Shown here: positions 17,899 to 26,509 of the stretch, piece after piece | Position numbering within the stretch: the first letter of the stretch is position 1 | Layout of the letters: each line of letters starts with the position of its first letter | NCBI GenBank assembly: GCA_031288595.1 | Contig: JAITRB010000018.1 | Location: 1 to 32,000 of the forward strand | DNA from: Puniceicoccales bacterium | GTDB lineage: Bacteria; Verrucomicrobiota; Verrucomicrobiia; Opitutales; JAIRLG01 | Direction of reading: 5' to 3' | Length of the DNA stretch: 32,000 nucleotides | The notes under the pieces: generated by a model | The model's input: the letters and a program-made list of their open reading frames with translations, nothing else | The model's database searches: none | Told to the model about the DNA's origin: nothing | Translations under genes and position numbers: made by a program

Positions 17899-19260
17899 AT
17901 GTTCCAGCACCTGCCAGGGTTTCGCGATTTCTATCCCCAAGATTGTCGCATTCGCCACCATTTGTTCCGGGAAATGCGCTTCTGCGCCGAGCAATTCGGC
18001 TTCGAAGAATACGACGCTCCCGTCCTAGAACCCCTGGAGCTCTTCACCACCAAATCCGGAGAGGAAATCGAACAGCAGCTCTTCGGCTTCAGCGACCGCG
18101 GCGGACGGGCTGTCGCACTGCGCCCCGAGATGACGCCCTCCCTCGTCCGAATGGTTGGCGCCAAAATCTCTTCGCTGAAAAAGCCTATCCGCTGGTTCTC
18201 CATCGCCGAGCAGTTCCGCTACGAACGGCCCCAAAAGGGCCGACTGCGCTCTTTTTTTCAGCTCAATGCCGACATTTTGGGCGAGGAATCCATCGCCGCC
18301 GAGGCGGAAATCATCGCCCTGGGCATCCACACCTTGCAAAAATTGGGACTGATCCACGAAGACTTCCACGTGCGACTCAGCGACCGGCAGCTCTGGGCGC
18401 TGTTCCTGAAAGCCAATGGCCTGCCTCCGGAGCTCATACCGCCTGTTCTCGGCATCATCGACAAGATGGGGCGGGAAAGGTCACCGACCTCCCCCGCCCA
18501 TTTGGCGGTCTTAGCTCCCGAGATCTCATCGGGAGCCTGGGAAGAACTATTCCAGAGAATCGGCCAGTTTCGTTCCTTGCAGGATGCCTCAAAGCTCTCG
18601 ATGTTCCTGCAGGGTCAGGCCGTTGATCCTTACCTTCGCTCCGCCATCGGACAGCGTCTGGAAGAGCTGGAGTTGCTGCTGTCGCGATTGGAGATCATGG
18701 GCTACCGCGCCTTCATCACCCTGGACTTCAGCATCGTCCGCGGACTGGCCTACTACACTGGTTTTATCTTCGAATTTTTCGAACGACAGGACGGTACTCA
18801 AGAGAACCCTACGAGGGCCCTGGCCGGTGGCGGGCATTATGACGAGCTCTTTCAGAAATTCGGCTACTCCCCTCTTCCAGCCGTCGGTCTAGCCATAGGC
18901 GACGTCCCACTGCTGGAGCTTTTGAGTAAAAAAGAAAAACTGCCCCCCGTTGCCTTCACGCGGGACATCTCGCTTCTCTTCGATTCTCTAGAAGGAGAAT
19001 CCTCCGCCCTCAGCGATGCCACTGCGCTGCGCCGGATGGGCTATGCCATCACCTACACACTGCAAAAGGGGAAGACGATTTCGAGGCAATTGAAGCAGAT
19101 GGAGCCTGGGAACGCGACTTGGATTTGCCTCTATGAGGCAGAACTTCTCCTGGAGCAGAAGGTAGTCCTGCGCCATTTCGCAAATCGCGAAGAGCGGATC
19201 CTCCCAAGGGAAAACCTCCTGAGATTCCTCTCCGAAAATTTTCCTAAAAGAGTTTCCTAA
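17899..19260 (+). CDS. hisS: Histidine--tRNA ligase
   Basis: Class II aaRS motifs: GFRDFYP, LRPEMTPS, and FRYERPQKGRLRSFFQ (motif 2 / HisA region), then GGGHYDEL and a C-terminal anticodon-binding domain. 453 aa. Confidence 0.9.
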   Translation: MFQHLPGFRDFYPQDCRIRHHLFREMRFCAEQFGFEEYDAPVLEPLELFTTKSGEEIEQQLFGFSDRGGRAVALRPEMTPSLVRMVGAKISSLKKPIRWFSIAEQFRYERPQKGRLRSFFQLNADILGEESIAAEAEIIALGIHTLQKLGLIHEDFHVRLSDRQLWALFLKANGLPPELIPPVLGIIDKMGRERSPTSPAHLAVLAPEISSGAWEELFQRIGQFRSLQDASKLSMFLQGQAVDPYLRSAIGQRLEELELLLSRLEIMGYRAFITLDFSIVRGLAYYTGFIFEFFERQDGTQENPTRALAGGGHYDELFQKFGYSPLPAVGLAIGDVPLLELLSKKEKLPPVAFTRDISLLFDSLEGESSALSDATALRRMGYAITYTLQKGKTISRQLKQMEPGNATWICLYEAELLLEQKVVLRHFANREERILPRENLLRFLSENFPKRVS

Positions 19261-19266
19261 ATCCCG

Positions 19267-19626
19267 ATGGATTCTTTAGCGTCTTCTCCGCCTGAACCTT
19301 TGCCCTGTGATGCCGATTGCTTCTGGGAGCAGCTCAAGACCGTCCTCGATCCGGATGTGAATGTCAATGTGGTCGACCTGGGCCTGATCTACGGCATCAG
19401 TGTCGAGCCGTGCTCTGCTGAAGGGGAACATTCCCATCGCGTCTCCGTGCAGATGACGCTCACTTCTCCCACCTGTCCTCTGGGCGATTACCTCCTTACG
19501 GAGGTGAAGCAGTGCATCGAAAATCATCCCGCGGTCAAGGAGGTCCAGGTCGAGCTCGTCTGGGAACCGCCATGGCATAAGGACATGATCACCGAAGCCG
19601 GACGGATGGAACTGGGTTGGCTATGA
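19267..19626 (+). CDS. DUF59/MIP18-family metal-sulfur cluster assembly factor (SufT/PaaD-like)
   Basis: L..V.DPDVNVNVVDLGLIY...VQMTLTSPTCPLGDYL is the canonical DUF59 core. 119 aa. Confidence 0.8.
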   Translation: MDSLASSPPEPLPCDADCFWEQLKTVLDPDVNVNVVDLGLIYGISVEPCSAEGEHSHRVSVQMTLTSPTCPLGDYLLTEVKQCIENHPAVKEVQVELVWEPPWHKDMITEAGRMELGWL

Positions 19627-19726
19627 ATTTTCCCCAATCGCCACTTCCCAACCATCCCTTTCTTATTTTCTCGGCGCATCATTTTACCTTGAGAAATTTC
19701 GGCAGTTTCCTCTATGAGCGTTATCT

Positions 19727-19800
19727 TGCCCGATGGTGTAACGGTAGCACAACGGATTCTGGATCCGTTTGTCTAGGTTCGAATCCTAGTCGGGCAGCCA
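19727..19800 (+). tRNA. tRNA-Gln (anticodon CTG), CCA encoded
   Basis: tgcccga-tg-gtgt-aacggta-gcac-a-acgga-ttctgga-tccgt-ttgt-ctagg-ttcgaat-cctag-tcgggca-g-cca. Confidence 0.93.
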
Positions 19801-20109
19801 GTTTTTGAAGCAGAGCTTCGGGTCGCGCTATAATGATAGCTGAGACACTGAGCAGCATACGGAGATCATAAACTAAGGCATTCATTACCAGAAAAACCCC
19901 TCTGCGATATGGGCCTATCCCTATGCAAATAGGATCCCTAGGAAAGAGATCCGGCGCCGCCAGACTCATTCCCGAACTGCTTGAGCTGCAGGGATGAAGA
20001 GACAGCGAGGTGCTGTGCTACCTATATGGCAGATCGAAAGCGATTGGCTACTTGAACCGCCTGGAAAATGGGCGAAGGAACGGAGTGAACCTGAGGCGCA
20101 TTCGTCCCA

Positions 20110-20221
20110 GGCGCGATGGCCTCTTTGCAAAGCAAAGGGGTGGCTTCCGCTCCGCAGGAGCGGAAGCCACTCGTGGAGAGGAGGCGCCAGCCGGCGCCTC
20201 CTCTCCACAGGCCATCGCGCC
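20110..20221. repeat. Divergent large cloverleaf palindrome, copy J
   Basis: 13-bp outer stem ggcgcgatggcct/aggccatcgcgcc. It encloses ctttgc-aaa-gcaaag, gtggcttccgctcc-gca-ggagcggaagccac and gtggagaggaggcgcc-agcc-ggcgcctcctctccac. Confidence 0.75.
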
Positions 20222-20263
20222 GACAATTGTTCAAGGAAATTCCCATCGAGCCAGGTCCCATGA

Positions 20264-21001
20264 CTACCACGAGCTCATGGTATTCGTAAACAGACACGTG
20301 ATATCGAAATACTTGATCAAACCCACTCCACCGGGGTCGATACTCATGTTGAGTTGCCACATCTTGACACCGGATACAATCGCATGCCGGATGGCGTCAC
20401 GGATGACCTTATTCTTCTCCGTCGGTTTCGGAATCTGAAAAATCGGTGCATCGTAGATGAAACACGTGAGCATGGCGGCGCTCTCATGAGCCTTTAGAGC
20501 ATCGCTCAGGTCCATGACATGCCGGATGAAGCGCTCGAAGTAGGACGCAGCCCGTTCCTGCAACGGCACACCGTCGAGGAGCCACGGCATGTACATCAGC
20601 GGCGTTTTGACTTCGACATAGGTGTCCTCAATTTTGAAATCCAATTTGGAATGGCCGACCCTTTGTTCCCTCAGGATTTTATGACCATTGGCCGCAATCC
20701 CATCAAGCGCTCCACTGCGAAAGAAATGCTCGACATAGCGGTTGACGGCGTTCTGGTTGATGCCCATCCAGGATTCGGCATCATCGAGAGAAATCGCCTC
20801 GACCGTATAGGCAGTTTTCCTCGTCGCATCCGTGGATGGCGATAGAAGACAGGGTAATCCTTCCAAAGAGATGTTCCCGATTTTCCCGGTACTGGGACAA
20901 TGGCAGGTGAAGAGCTCATCCCCCTTTTTTACCTGCATGATGAAGCGGTTGGGACGGCCGACAATCCTTCCCCTCTCTAGAGGAAGCTCAAATCGATACA
21001 T
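20264..21001 (-). CDS. sfsA: SfsA-family (sugar fermentation stimulation / PD-(D/E)xK-like) protein
   Basis: GRIVGRPNRFIMQV...LFTCHCPSTGKIG matches the SfsA N-terminus (R.NRF....HCPNTG), followed by SKLDF...YVEVK. The ORF opens at 21088; ATG 21001 gives the usual spacing before the NRF motif. Confidence 0.78.
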   Translation of the reverse strand: MYRFELPLERGRIVGRPNRFIMQVKKGDELFTCHCPSTGKIGNISLEGLPCLLSPSTDATRKTAYTVEAISLDDAESWMGINQNAVNRYVEHFFRSGALDGIAANGHKILREQRVGHSKLDFKIEDTYVEVKTPLMYMPWLLDGVPLQERAASYFERFIRHVMDLSDALKAHESAAMLTCFIYDAPIFQIPKPTEKNKVIRDAIRHAIVSGVKMWQLNMSIDPGGVGLIKYFDITCLFTNTMSSW

Positions 21002-21345
21002 CTCCTGATACCTCTCCACGTAAAGACCGCCTGCCCGGAAAATCATCTTAGCTCCTTCATTTTCCAGGCACTCCACCTCGGAATCCAATGGGGCATATTT
21101 CGCTCATACTGTAGCTAATCCTCGCCAAAGCAAGCCCCCTTCTCTCCCAAGACCCTTGACGAAGGTCCCAGTATGACCAGTATCTGAAAGAGGATTAGGC
21201 AGTTCATGAGAGCTTTACGGCGTTGTCTGAAATCCCAACTCCATCAACTGCAATATGGTCTTACGGGACTTGTCCGAGCTACGGCAGTTGCTGAGCAGCT
21301 TCCTCCTCCGAATGAATCGAGAGCTGCAGATGCCCGTATGAAAGC

Positions 21346-21588
21346 TGTCATGTGGCGAACAGCTGCGTTCGCTGTCTCGCCCGCATCGCGCTTCAAGTAC
21401 TTTCGTGGCTCATCCTCGACGGGATGACGATCCATCTCGATACCGCACTATGCGATTGTCTTTGCGATATTCTCAGAAATTTCCCAGGATCACTCTGTCT
21501 CATCTCCCATGACAAAACATTTATTCGATCCCTAGGGATCGAACATATATGGCGTATCGAGGATAAGAAACTCATTGGTCAGGATTAA
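21346..21588 (+). pseudogene. Relic of an ABC-F-type ATPase (signature-to-Walker-B/D-loop segment only)
   Basis: ESCHVANSCVRCLARIALQVLSWLILDGMTIHLD...FPGSLCLISHDKTFIRSLGIEHIWRIEDKKL is collinear with LSGG.R.R.ALARAL....LLLLDEPTNHLD....YPG.LL.ISHDR.FL......I..IE..KL. However, LSGG and DEPT are mutated and there is no Walker A or N-terminal domain. Confidence 0.45.
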
Positions 21589-21620
21589 AAATTTCCCCCA
21601 TTATTTTCGCATATCTTTTT

Positions 21621-22265
21621 ATGAAGATGAATCTCCATTACCGCAGCATTCGCTATTTCTTTTCCATTGCCTTTCGAGAACTTTGGGGCGGAGAGGTCTA
21701 TGGGCAGGAAAACATTCCGCCCGCGGGAGCCTGCCTCATCGCCGCCAACCATGCCAGTTTTCTCGATCCGCCCTTCGTCGCCGCCGTCTGTCCGCAGCGA
21801 GAGATCTTCTACTTCGCGCGTCAAACATTATTCAGGCCCGGCTTCTGGCACTTCATCCTCTCGCGGATCAATACGATTCCCGTCGACCGCGATGGGGACT
21901 CCGACTTGAAAGCCATTCGGCGGGTTCTGAAGCTGCTCCGCGAGGATCAGGGTGTGACGATTTTCCCCGAGGGAACCCGTACGCCGGATGGATATTTCCA
22001 GAAGGCTCAGGCCGGTGTCGGTTTTTTGGCCTGTCGGAGTGCCGTTCCGGTCGTTCCCATCCGCCTCTTCGGTACCTACGCCATCTGGAATCGCCACCAC
22101 ACCGCCCCCGACTTTCACCGTCGGGCCCAGCTCGTCATCGGCTTACCGATTCTCCCCTCTCTCTACGACCCGGGCCCCACGCATCCCCAACGCTATCAGG
22201 AAAGCGCCCGACGCATCCTGGGCGCTATCCGACAGCTGTCGCTCCCCCATCTCCGGCGGTGGTGA
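21621..22265 (+). CDS. plsC: 1-acyl-sn-glycerol-3-phosphate acyltransferase
   Basis: Acyltransferase blocks AANHASFLDP (HX4D), TIPVDR and IFPEGTRT. 214 aa. Confidence 0.88.
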   Translation: MKMNLHYRSIRYFFSIAFRELWGGEVYGQENIPPAGACLIAANHASFLDPPFVAAVCPQREIFYFARQTLFRPGFWHFILSRINTIPVDRDGDSDLKAIRRVLKLLREDQGVTIFPEGTRTPDGYFQKAQAGVGFLACRSAVPVVPIRLFGTYAIWNRHHTAPDFHRRAQLVIGLPILPSLYDPGPTHPQRYQESARRILGAIRQLSLPHLRRW

Positions 22266-22315
22266 GCCTGGATCGTGAGTCGGTGCCGAATTCCAGCGAT
22301 TTCACGGGCCTCTGC

Positions 22316-22408
22316 TTGGCTGGCTTTGCCTACCGGAAAGGCCTTCGGCCTTTCCGGTAGGCGGCCCGCTTCGCGGGCCCGATTTCTCCGAAATCGAAAG
22401 CCAGCCAA
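22316..22408. repeat. Cloverleaf repeat, copy K (long-GC-short)
   Basis: Outer stem ttggctggctttg/cgaaagccagccaa. Arms: cctaccggaaaggcc-ttcg-ggcctttccggtagg, ggcccgc-ttc-gcgggcc, gatttc-tcc-gaaatc. Confidence 0.88.
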
Positions 22409-22759
22409 CAGAATACCCTCACTTCTCCGGCAATCAAACCGGAGAAAAACTCACCTGAGAAAACCCTCAGGCGTTTTTGCTCCCTCCATTTGCCGTTGAC
22501 TCACCGTGGAATGTCCCAAAACCCTTTCCCGTGGAAACCTGTGATGGAGACCTGCGGCCCACGTCATTCCATCGGGAATTTTTCGAAAAAATCTCTCTGA
22601 AATCGAAGTGGATAGGGCCTGCTCTTGGGCTACTGGGGGCTTGTGCTGGCCCGGGCGATGCAGGTCAAGCGGAAGATCGATTCCGACGGCTATCCTCCCT
22701 TGGAGCAAGTTCGGGGATTTCTAAGCCAATTCTCCCACGGAAGACGTCACTTCTTCTCT

Positions 22760-23983
22760 ATGTCAAATTCCGGGACTGAGGAACTTTCCCTCTCTGAGCG
22801 CTCCCGTCTGACCCTTCGCTACGACACCCTCCGGCAGGCCTTCCAGGGTATTCTAGAGGCCGGTTTCAAAACCTATATCCTGCTCATCGCCATACGGGTC
22901 TTCCACATGGGTGCCTGGGAAAAATCCCTCCTCTCTTCCGCCGGTTTCGCCGGCCTGCTCTGTGCCCCTCTGGTCATGAAAGGGATGGCCCGTACCTCCT
23001 GGACGAGCATGCAGATCACTGCGCTCTACTTCTTCCTCGTCGCCGCCTGCTTCCTCATCGCTTCCCTAACTCAAGACGCGGGCCTTTACCTCGTCCTTCT
23101 CGTCGCCGCCCGATTCATCTACAAGCAGCAGATCCCCCTCATGATCGACGTCTACAGCCATAACTACGCGGCGGACGAGCGCGGTTCCAAACTGGGATTT
23201 TCCATGTTCTTCCTGGCGACGGTCAGCGTTTTCTTCTCCCTCCTGGCCGGCCAATGGCTCGACCGGCACTTGGACGCCTACCGCTGGATCCTCGTCCTCA
23301 TCGCCCTCTCTGCCCTCGGTAGCGCCCTCAGCTTTCTTAAAATTCCCTCCCGAAGGATCCCGAGCAGCTCAGGCCACCGCTGGGCCAACCTCAGCCTGCT
23401 CTGGAAGGACAAGCTCTTCACCGCCATCGTTCTCATCTGGGCCCTGGAGGGCATAGCCAACCAGATGACTATTCCCCTGCGGGTCGAGTACATCGCCCAC
23501 GAGCGCTACGGGCTCAATTTCTCCAATCACTGGGTCACCCTTCTGAGCTGCGTCATACCCTCCATCTTTCGCATCCTCGGCTCCCCGCTGTGGGGCTACC
23601 TCTTCGACCGCCTTTCCCTCGTTCAGATGAAGCTGTGGATCAATAGCCTGCTCCTCCTGGGAACCCTGGCCTACTTCTTCTCCTCGTCCCTGCTCGGCAT
23701 CCTCATCGGCTCCTGCTTCATCGGCATGGCCCATGGCGGCGGAGTCATCGCCTGGAGCCTCTGGGTCACGAAAATCGTTCCGGAAGAGTCCTGCTGCGAT
23801 TACCTCAGCCTCAGCGCAGCGGAATTCGGCTTGCGCAGCTTCATCTCCCCCTTCATCGGCTATGCCCTGCTGGAAGGGACGCAATCCTTGCCCTGCGTCG
23901 TCGCTATCGCCGTGCTCCTGATTTCCCTATCCTCGCTCGGATTTTGGCTCATCCGCCATCATGAGCGCTTGCGCCCCTCCTAA
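22760..23983 (+). CDS. MFS-type transporter
   Basis: About 12 hydrophobic segments with no soluble domain. The start is uncertain; ATG 22760 is chosen and the ORF opens at 22625. Confidence 0.72.
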   Translation: MSNSGTEELSLSERSRLTLRYDTLRQAFQGILEAGFKTYILLIAIRVFHMGAWEKSLLSSAGFAGLLCAPLVMKGMARTSWTSMQITALYFFLVAACFLIASLTQDAGLYLVLLVAARFIYKQQIPLMIDVYSHNYAADERGSKLGFSMFFLATVSVFFSLLAGQWLDRHLDAYRWILVLIALSALGSALSFLKIPSRRIPSSSGHRWANLSLLWKDKLFTAIVLIWALEGIANQMTIPLRVEYIAHERYGLNFSNHWVTLLSCVIPSIFRILGSPLWGYLFDRLSLVQMKLWINSLLLLGTLAYFFSSSLLGILIGSCFIGMAHGGGVIAWSLWVTKIVPEESCCDYLSLSAAEFGLRSFISPFIGYALLEGTQSLPCVVAIAVLLISLSSLGFWLIRHHERLRPS

Positions 23984-24022
23984 AATCTCTCCAGAATCGG
24001 GTCTAGATATCCTGGGGATTTT

Positions 24023-26509
24023 ATGAAAATCGACCTGAAATGGTTGAAACGCCACGTGGACATTCCGGTTTCCGCCGCGGAGCTGCTTGAGATTTTCCCG
24101 AAGCTCGGGATGGAGGTGGAGGCGAGCCACATCCGCGGCATGGAGTTCCAGCCCACCCTGGTCGTGGGCGAAATCATCGACATTGCGGCCCATCCCCAAG
24201 CCGATCGCCTGCAGGTCTGTCAGGTCAGGGTCGACGAAGGAAAGCCAAGGACCATCGTCTGTGGGGCGAAGAATTTCAAACGGGGAGACCGCGTGCCAGT
24301 CGCCCTGCCCGGTACCCTCCTGCCGGAAGGCTTCAAGATCGAGGCCCGCGAACTTCGCGGCATCCGCTCGGAAGGCATGATGTGCAGCGCTCGAGAACTG
24401 GGTATTTCCGATGAGCACGAAGGGCTTCTCATCTTGTCGGGGAATCCCAGCATTGGGACAGCCATCCAAGAGCTCTTCTCTTTGGAAGAGGCCGGTTTTG
24501 AAATCGAGACGACGGCGAATCGCGGCGAGCTCCTGAGCCACCTGGGAGTGGCCCGAGACTTGGCCGCGTTTTTTAGAAAGCCGCTGCGGGAAGAGGCCTT
24601 TCCGATCCCCATAGCTCCCTACCCCTCGGCATTGGCGGGTGGCCTTAAGCAAGAACTCATCCTTCAATCGGAAGAAGCGCCCTACTACTGCCTCTTCGAA
24701 ATCCGCGATCTTCGGGTGTGCGAAAGTCCGGACTGGCTTCAGCAGGACCTGAAGGCCATCGGCCTCAGGCCGATCAATAACGTCGTCGACCTCACGAACT
24801 GGATCCTCTTCGACTCCGGCCAGCCACTCCACGCCTTCGATGCCGATGTAGTGTGGGGCAATAGCCTCTATGTCCGGCCGTCTTGGGAGGGAGAGACTAT
24901 CCAGACCCTCGACGGACAGCAACGCTCGCTCGAGAAAGGGGTACTCGTCATCGCCGATGAGGACTCTGCTCTGTCCATTGCCGGCATCATGGGCGGAACA
25001 TCCTCAGCCATCCGGCCAGATACCTGCCACATTTTCCTCGAAAGTGCCTACTTTCGTCCTGCCAGCATCCGGCGTAGCAGCAAATGGCTCGGCCTGCGCA
25101 GCGACAGTTCCTACCGCTTCGAGCGCGACATCGACCCGGGCCGGACACTCGCAGCTGGCCAATGGGCCGCGCGGATGATCCTGCAGGTTTGCGGCGGAAC
25201 GCTGGTGGGCTGCCGCGTTTCGGGTCGGCCTCCACGGGAGAGGCGGGTCATCGAACTCACGCCTTCATGGGTGGCGGAGCGCTGTGGCTGCCCCATTGCT
25301 CTCGAGAGCGTGGCTGAAAATTTAAAAGCGCTCGGCTATGGGGTCGATCAGGCCCAGCTGCCCTGGAAGGTGGAAGTGCCCAGCTGTCGCGCCGATGTGC
25401 AGCGCCCCATCGACCTAGTCGAGGAATTTTTGAGAATCTACGGCAATGAAAGGATTCCCCTCTCAGCACCTTCAACCCCCGTCTACCATCGGGAAGACAC
25501 AGCGGCGGCCATCTATTTCCGCGAAGTGGCCGATTATCTCTGCCACCGCGGTGCCGTCGAGGCTTGCCACTCCTCCTTCCGCTCCGAAGCGGAAGCAGGC
25601 TTTGGGGAGAAAAATTTCCAAATGCTCCGAATCGAAAATCCCAGTGTGGAGAATCAAAGCCACCTGCGCCTCAGCCTCATTCCCGGACTGCTGGATACGC
25701 TGTCCTACAACCTGCAGAGCGGCCATGAAGTCCCGGAGCTCTTCGAGAACGGACATGTCTTCATCCCTCACGAGGGAAAATTATGGGAAGTCTACTCGAC
25801 GGCCTATATTCAAGCACTCGGTTTCCAGCGGCGGCACTGGGAGAAGCTCCCAGCTCCTGGGCTGATGAGACTCAAGGCTATGGCTCTATCGATGGCCTCC
25901 ATCGCCCAGATCTCGGAAGAGATTCTCCTGGGAAAAGGAGCAGAGCCGAGCGGCTTGTGGCAGGAGGAGAACAGCTGGCACTGCGGAAACCTCCTGGAGA
26001 AGCACTACCGTATTCAGCTCGGCATCCTCAACCCGGCTGGCTGTTCCCGGGAATTGCCCTATCCCGTCGCCGCTGTGGAGATCTGCCTCCTGCCACAGCA
26101 CTTTGAGAAGACAAGTCGCGTCGAGCCGCGCTTCCGCCCCTTCAGCCTCTATCCCAGAGCTTCGCGGGACTTGGCCCTCATGCTGGACCGCTCCCTGCCG
26201 GCCGAAACCGTGCGCCGGGAGGTTTTGCGGCTGGCCAGGCGCGCGGCTGGGCGGCACTTCGAGGTCCAAGAGGTGGAGATATTCGATATCCACGAAGGAG
26301 AAAATCTCCCTGCGGGGAAGAAAAGCCTCGCGCTAGCCATCGATTTCTATTCCGAGCAGCGCACGCTCCGAGAATCGGAGGTGCAACACGCCTTCGAGCT
26401 GCTCCAACGCTTCATCCTTCGGGAAACTCCCTACGAAATTCGCTGCGATAGGGAACACGAAAGCTCCCTGCAGATGAAAGCGATCCCTCATGAAGATGGA
26501 GGGAGATAG
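24023..26509 (+). CDS. pheT: Phenylalanine--tRNA ligase beta subunit
   Basis: N-terminal MKIDLKWLKRHV, a tRNA-binding OB domain (HPQADRLQVCQVRV...CGAKN), B3/4 and B5 domains, and a C-terminal FDX-ACB domain. 828 aa. Confidence 0.94.
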   Translation: MKIDLKWLKRHVDIPVSAAELLEIFPKLGMEVEASHIRGMEFQPTLVVGEIIDIAAHPQADRLQVCQVRVDEGKPRTIVCGAKNFKRGDRVPVALPGTLLPEGFKIEARELRGIRSEGMMCSARELGISDEHEGLLILSGNPSIGTAIQELFSLEEAGFEIETTANRGELLSHLGVARDLAAFFRKPLREEAFPIPIAPYPSALAGGLKQELILQSEEAPYYCLFEIRDLRVCESPDWLQQDLKAIGLRPINNVVDLTNWILFDSGQPLHAFDADVVWGNSLYVRPSWEGETIQTLDGQQRSLEKGVLVIADEDSALSIAGIMGGTSSAIRPDTCHIFLESAYFRPASIRRSSKWLGLRSDSSYRFERDIDPGRTLAAGQWAARMILQVCGGTLVGCRVSGRPPRERRVIELTPSWVAERCGCPIALESVAENLKALGYGVDQAQLPWKVEVPSCRADVQRPIDLVEEFLRIYGNERIPLSAPSTPVYHREDTAAAIYFREVADYLCHRGAVEACHSSFRSEAEAGFGEKNFQMLRIENPSVENQSHLRLSLIPGLLDTLSYNLQSGHEVPELFENGHVFIPHEGKLWEVYSTAYIQALGFQRRHWEKLPAPGLMRLKAMALSMASIAQISEEILLGKGAEPSGLWQEENSWHCGNLLEKHYRIQLGILNPAGCSRELPYPVAAVEICLLPQHFEKTSRVEPRFRPFSLYPRASRDLALMLDRSLPAETVRREVLRLARRAAGRHFEVQEVEIFDIHEGENLPAGKKSLALAIDFYSEQRTLRESEVQHAFELLQRFILRETPYEIRCDREHESSLQMKAIPHEDGGR

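Noticed and set aside
19801-21620. A prophage or integrative element at tRNA-Gln.
   Set aside because: No integrase, excisionase, phage or conjugation genes are present, and I found no att-like duplication of the tRNA 3' end by eye. It is kept only as a low-interest eroded-islet hypothesis.
21575-22360. A 261-aa plus-strand ORF.
   Set aside because: It is an alternative frame over plsC and extends into repeat K. Its composition is Arg/Pro/Ser-rich. The plsC frame carries the HX4D and FPEGTR motifs.
22316-22408. Cloverleaf repeats as tRNA, tmRNA or tRNA-like genes.
   Set aside because: The four-way-junction topology resembles a tRNA. However, there is no GTTCRANYC T-loop, no D-loop consensus, no 7-nt anticodon loop and no CCA or discriminator logic, and arm lengths reach 20 bp. 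The three genuine tRNAs in the window look completely different.
22424-22447. The hairpin ttctccgg-caatcaaa-ccggagaa just after repeat K as an intrinsic terminator of plsC.
   Set aside because: It is followed by an A-run rather than a T-run on the plus strand, and there is no T-run on the minus strand either. It is not a canonical rho-independent terminator.
23927-24922. A 331-aa minus-strand ORF.
   Set aside because: It is antisense to pheT, whose N-terminal domains are unambiguous. It is a shadow ORF.
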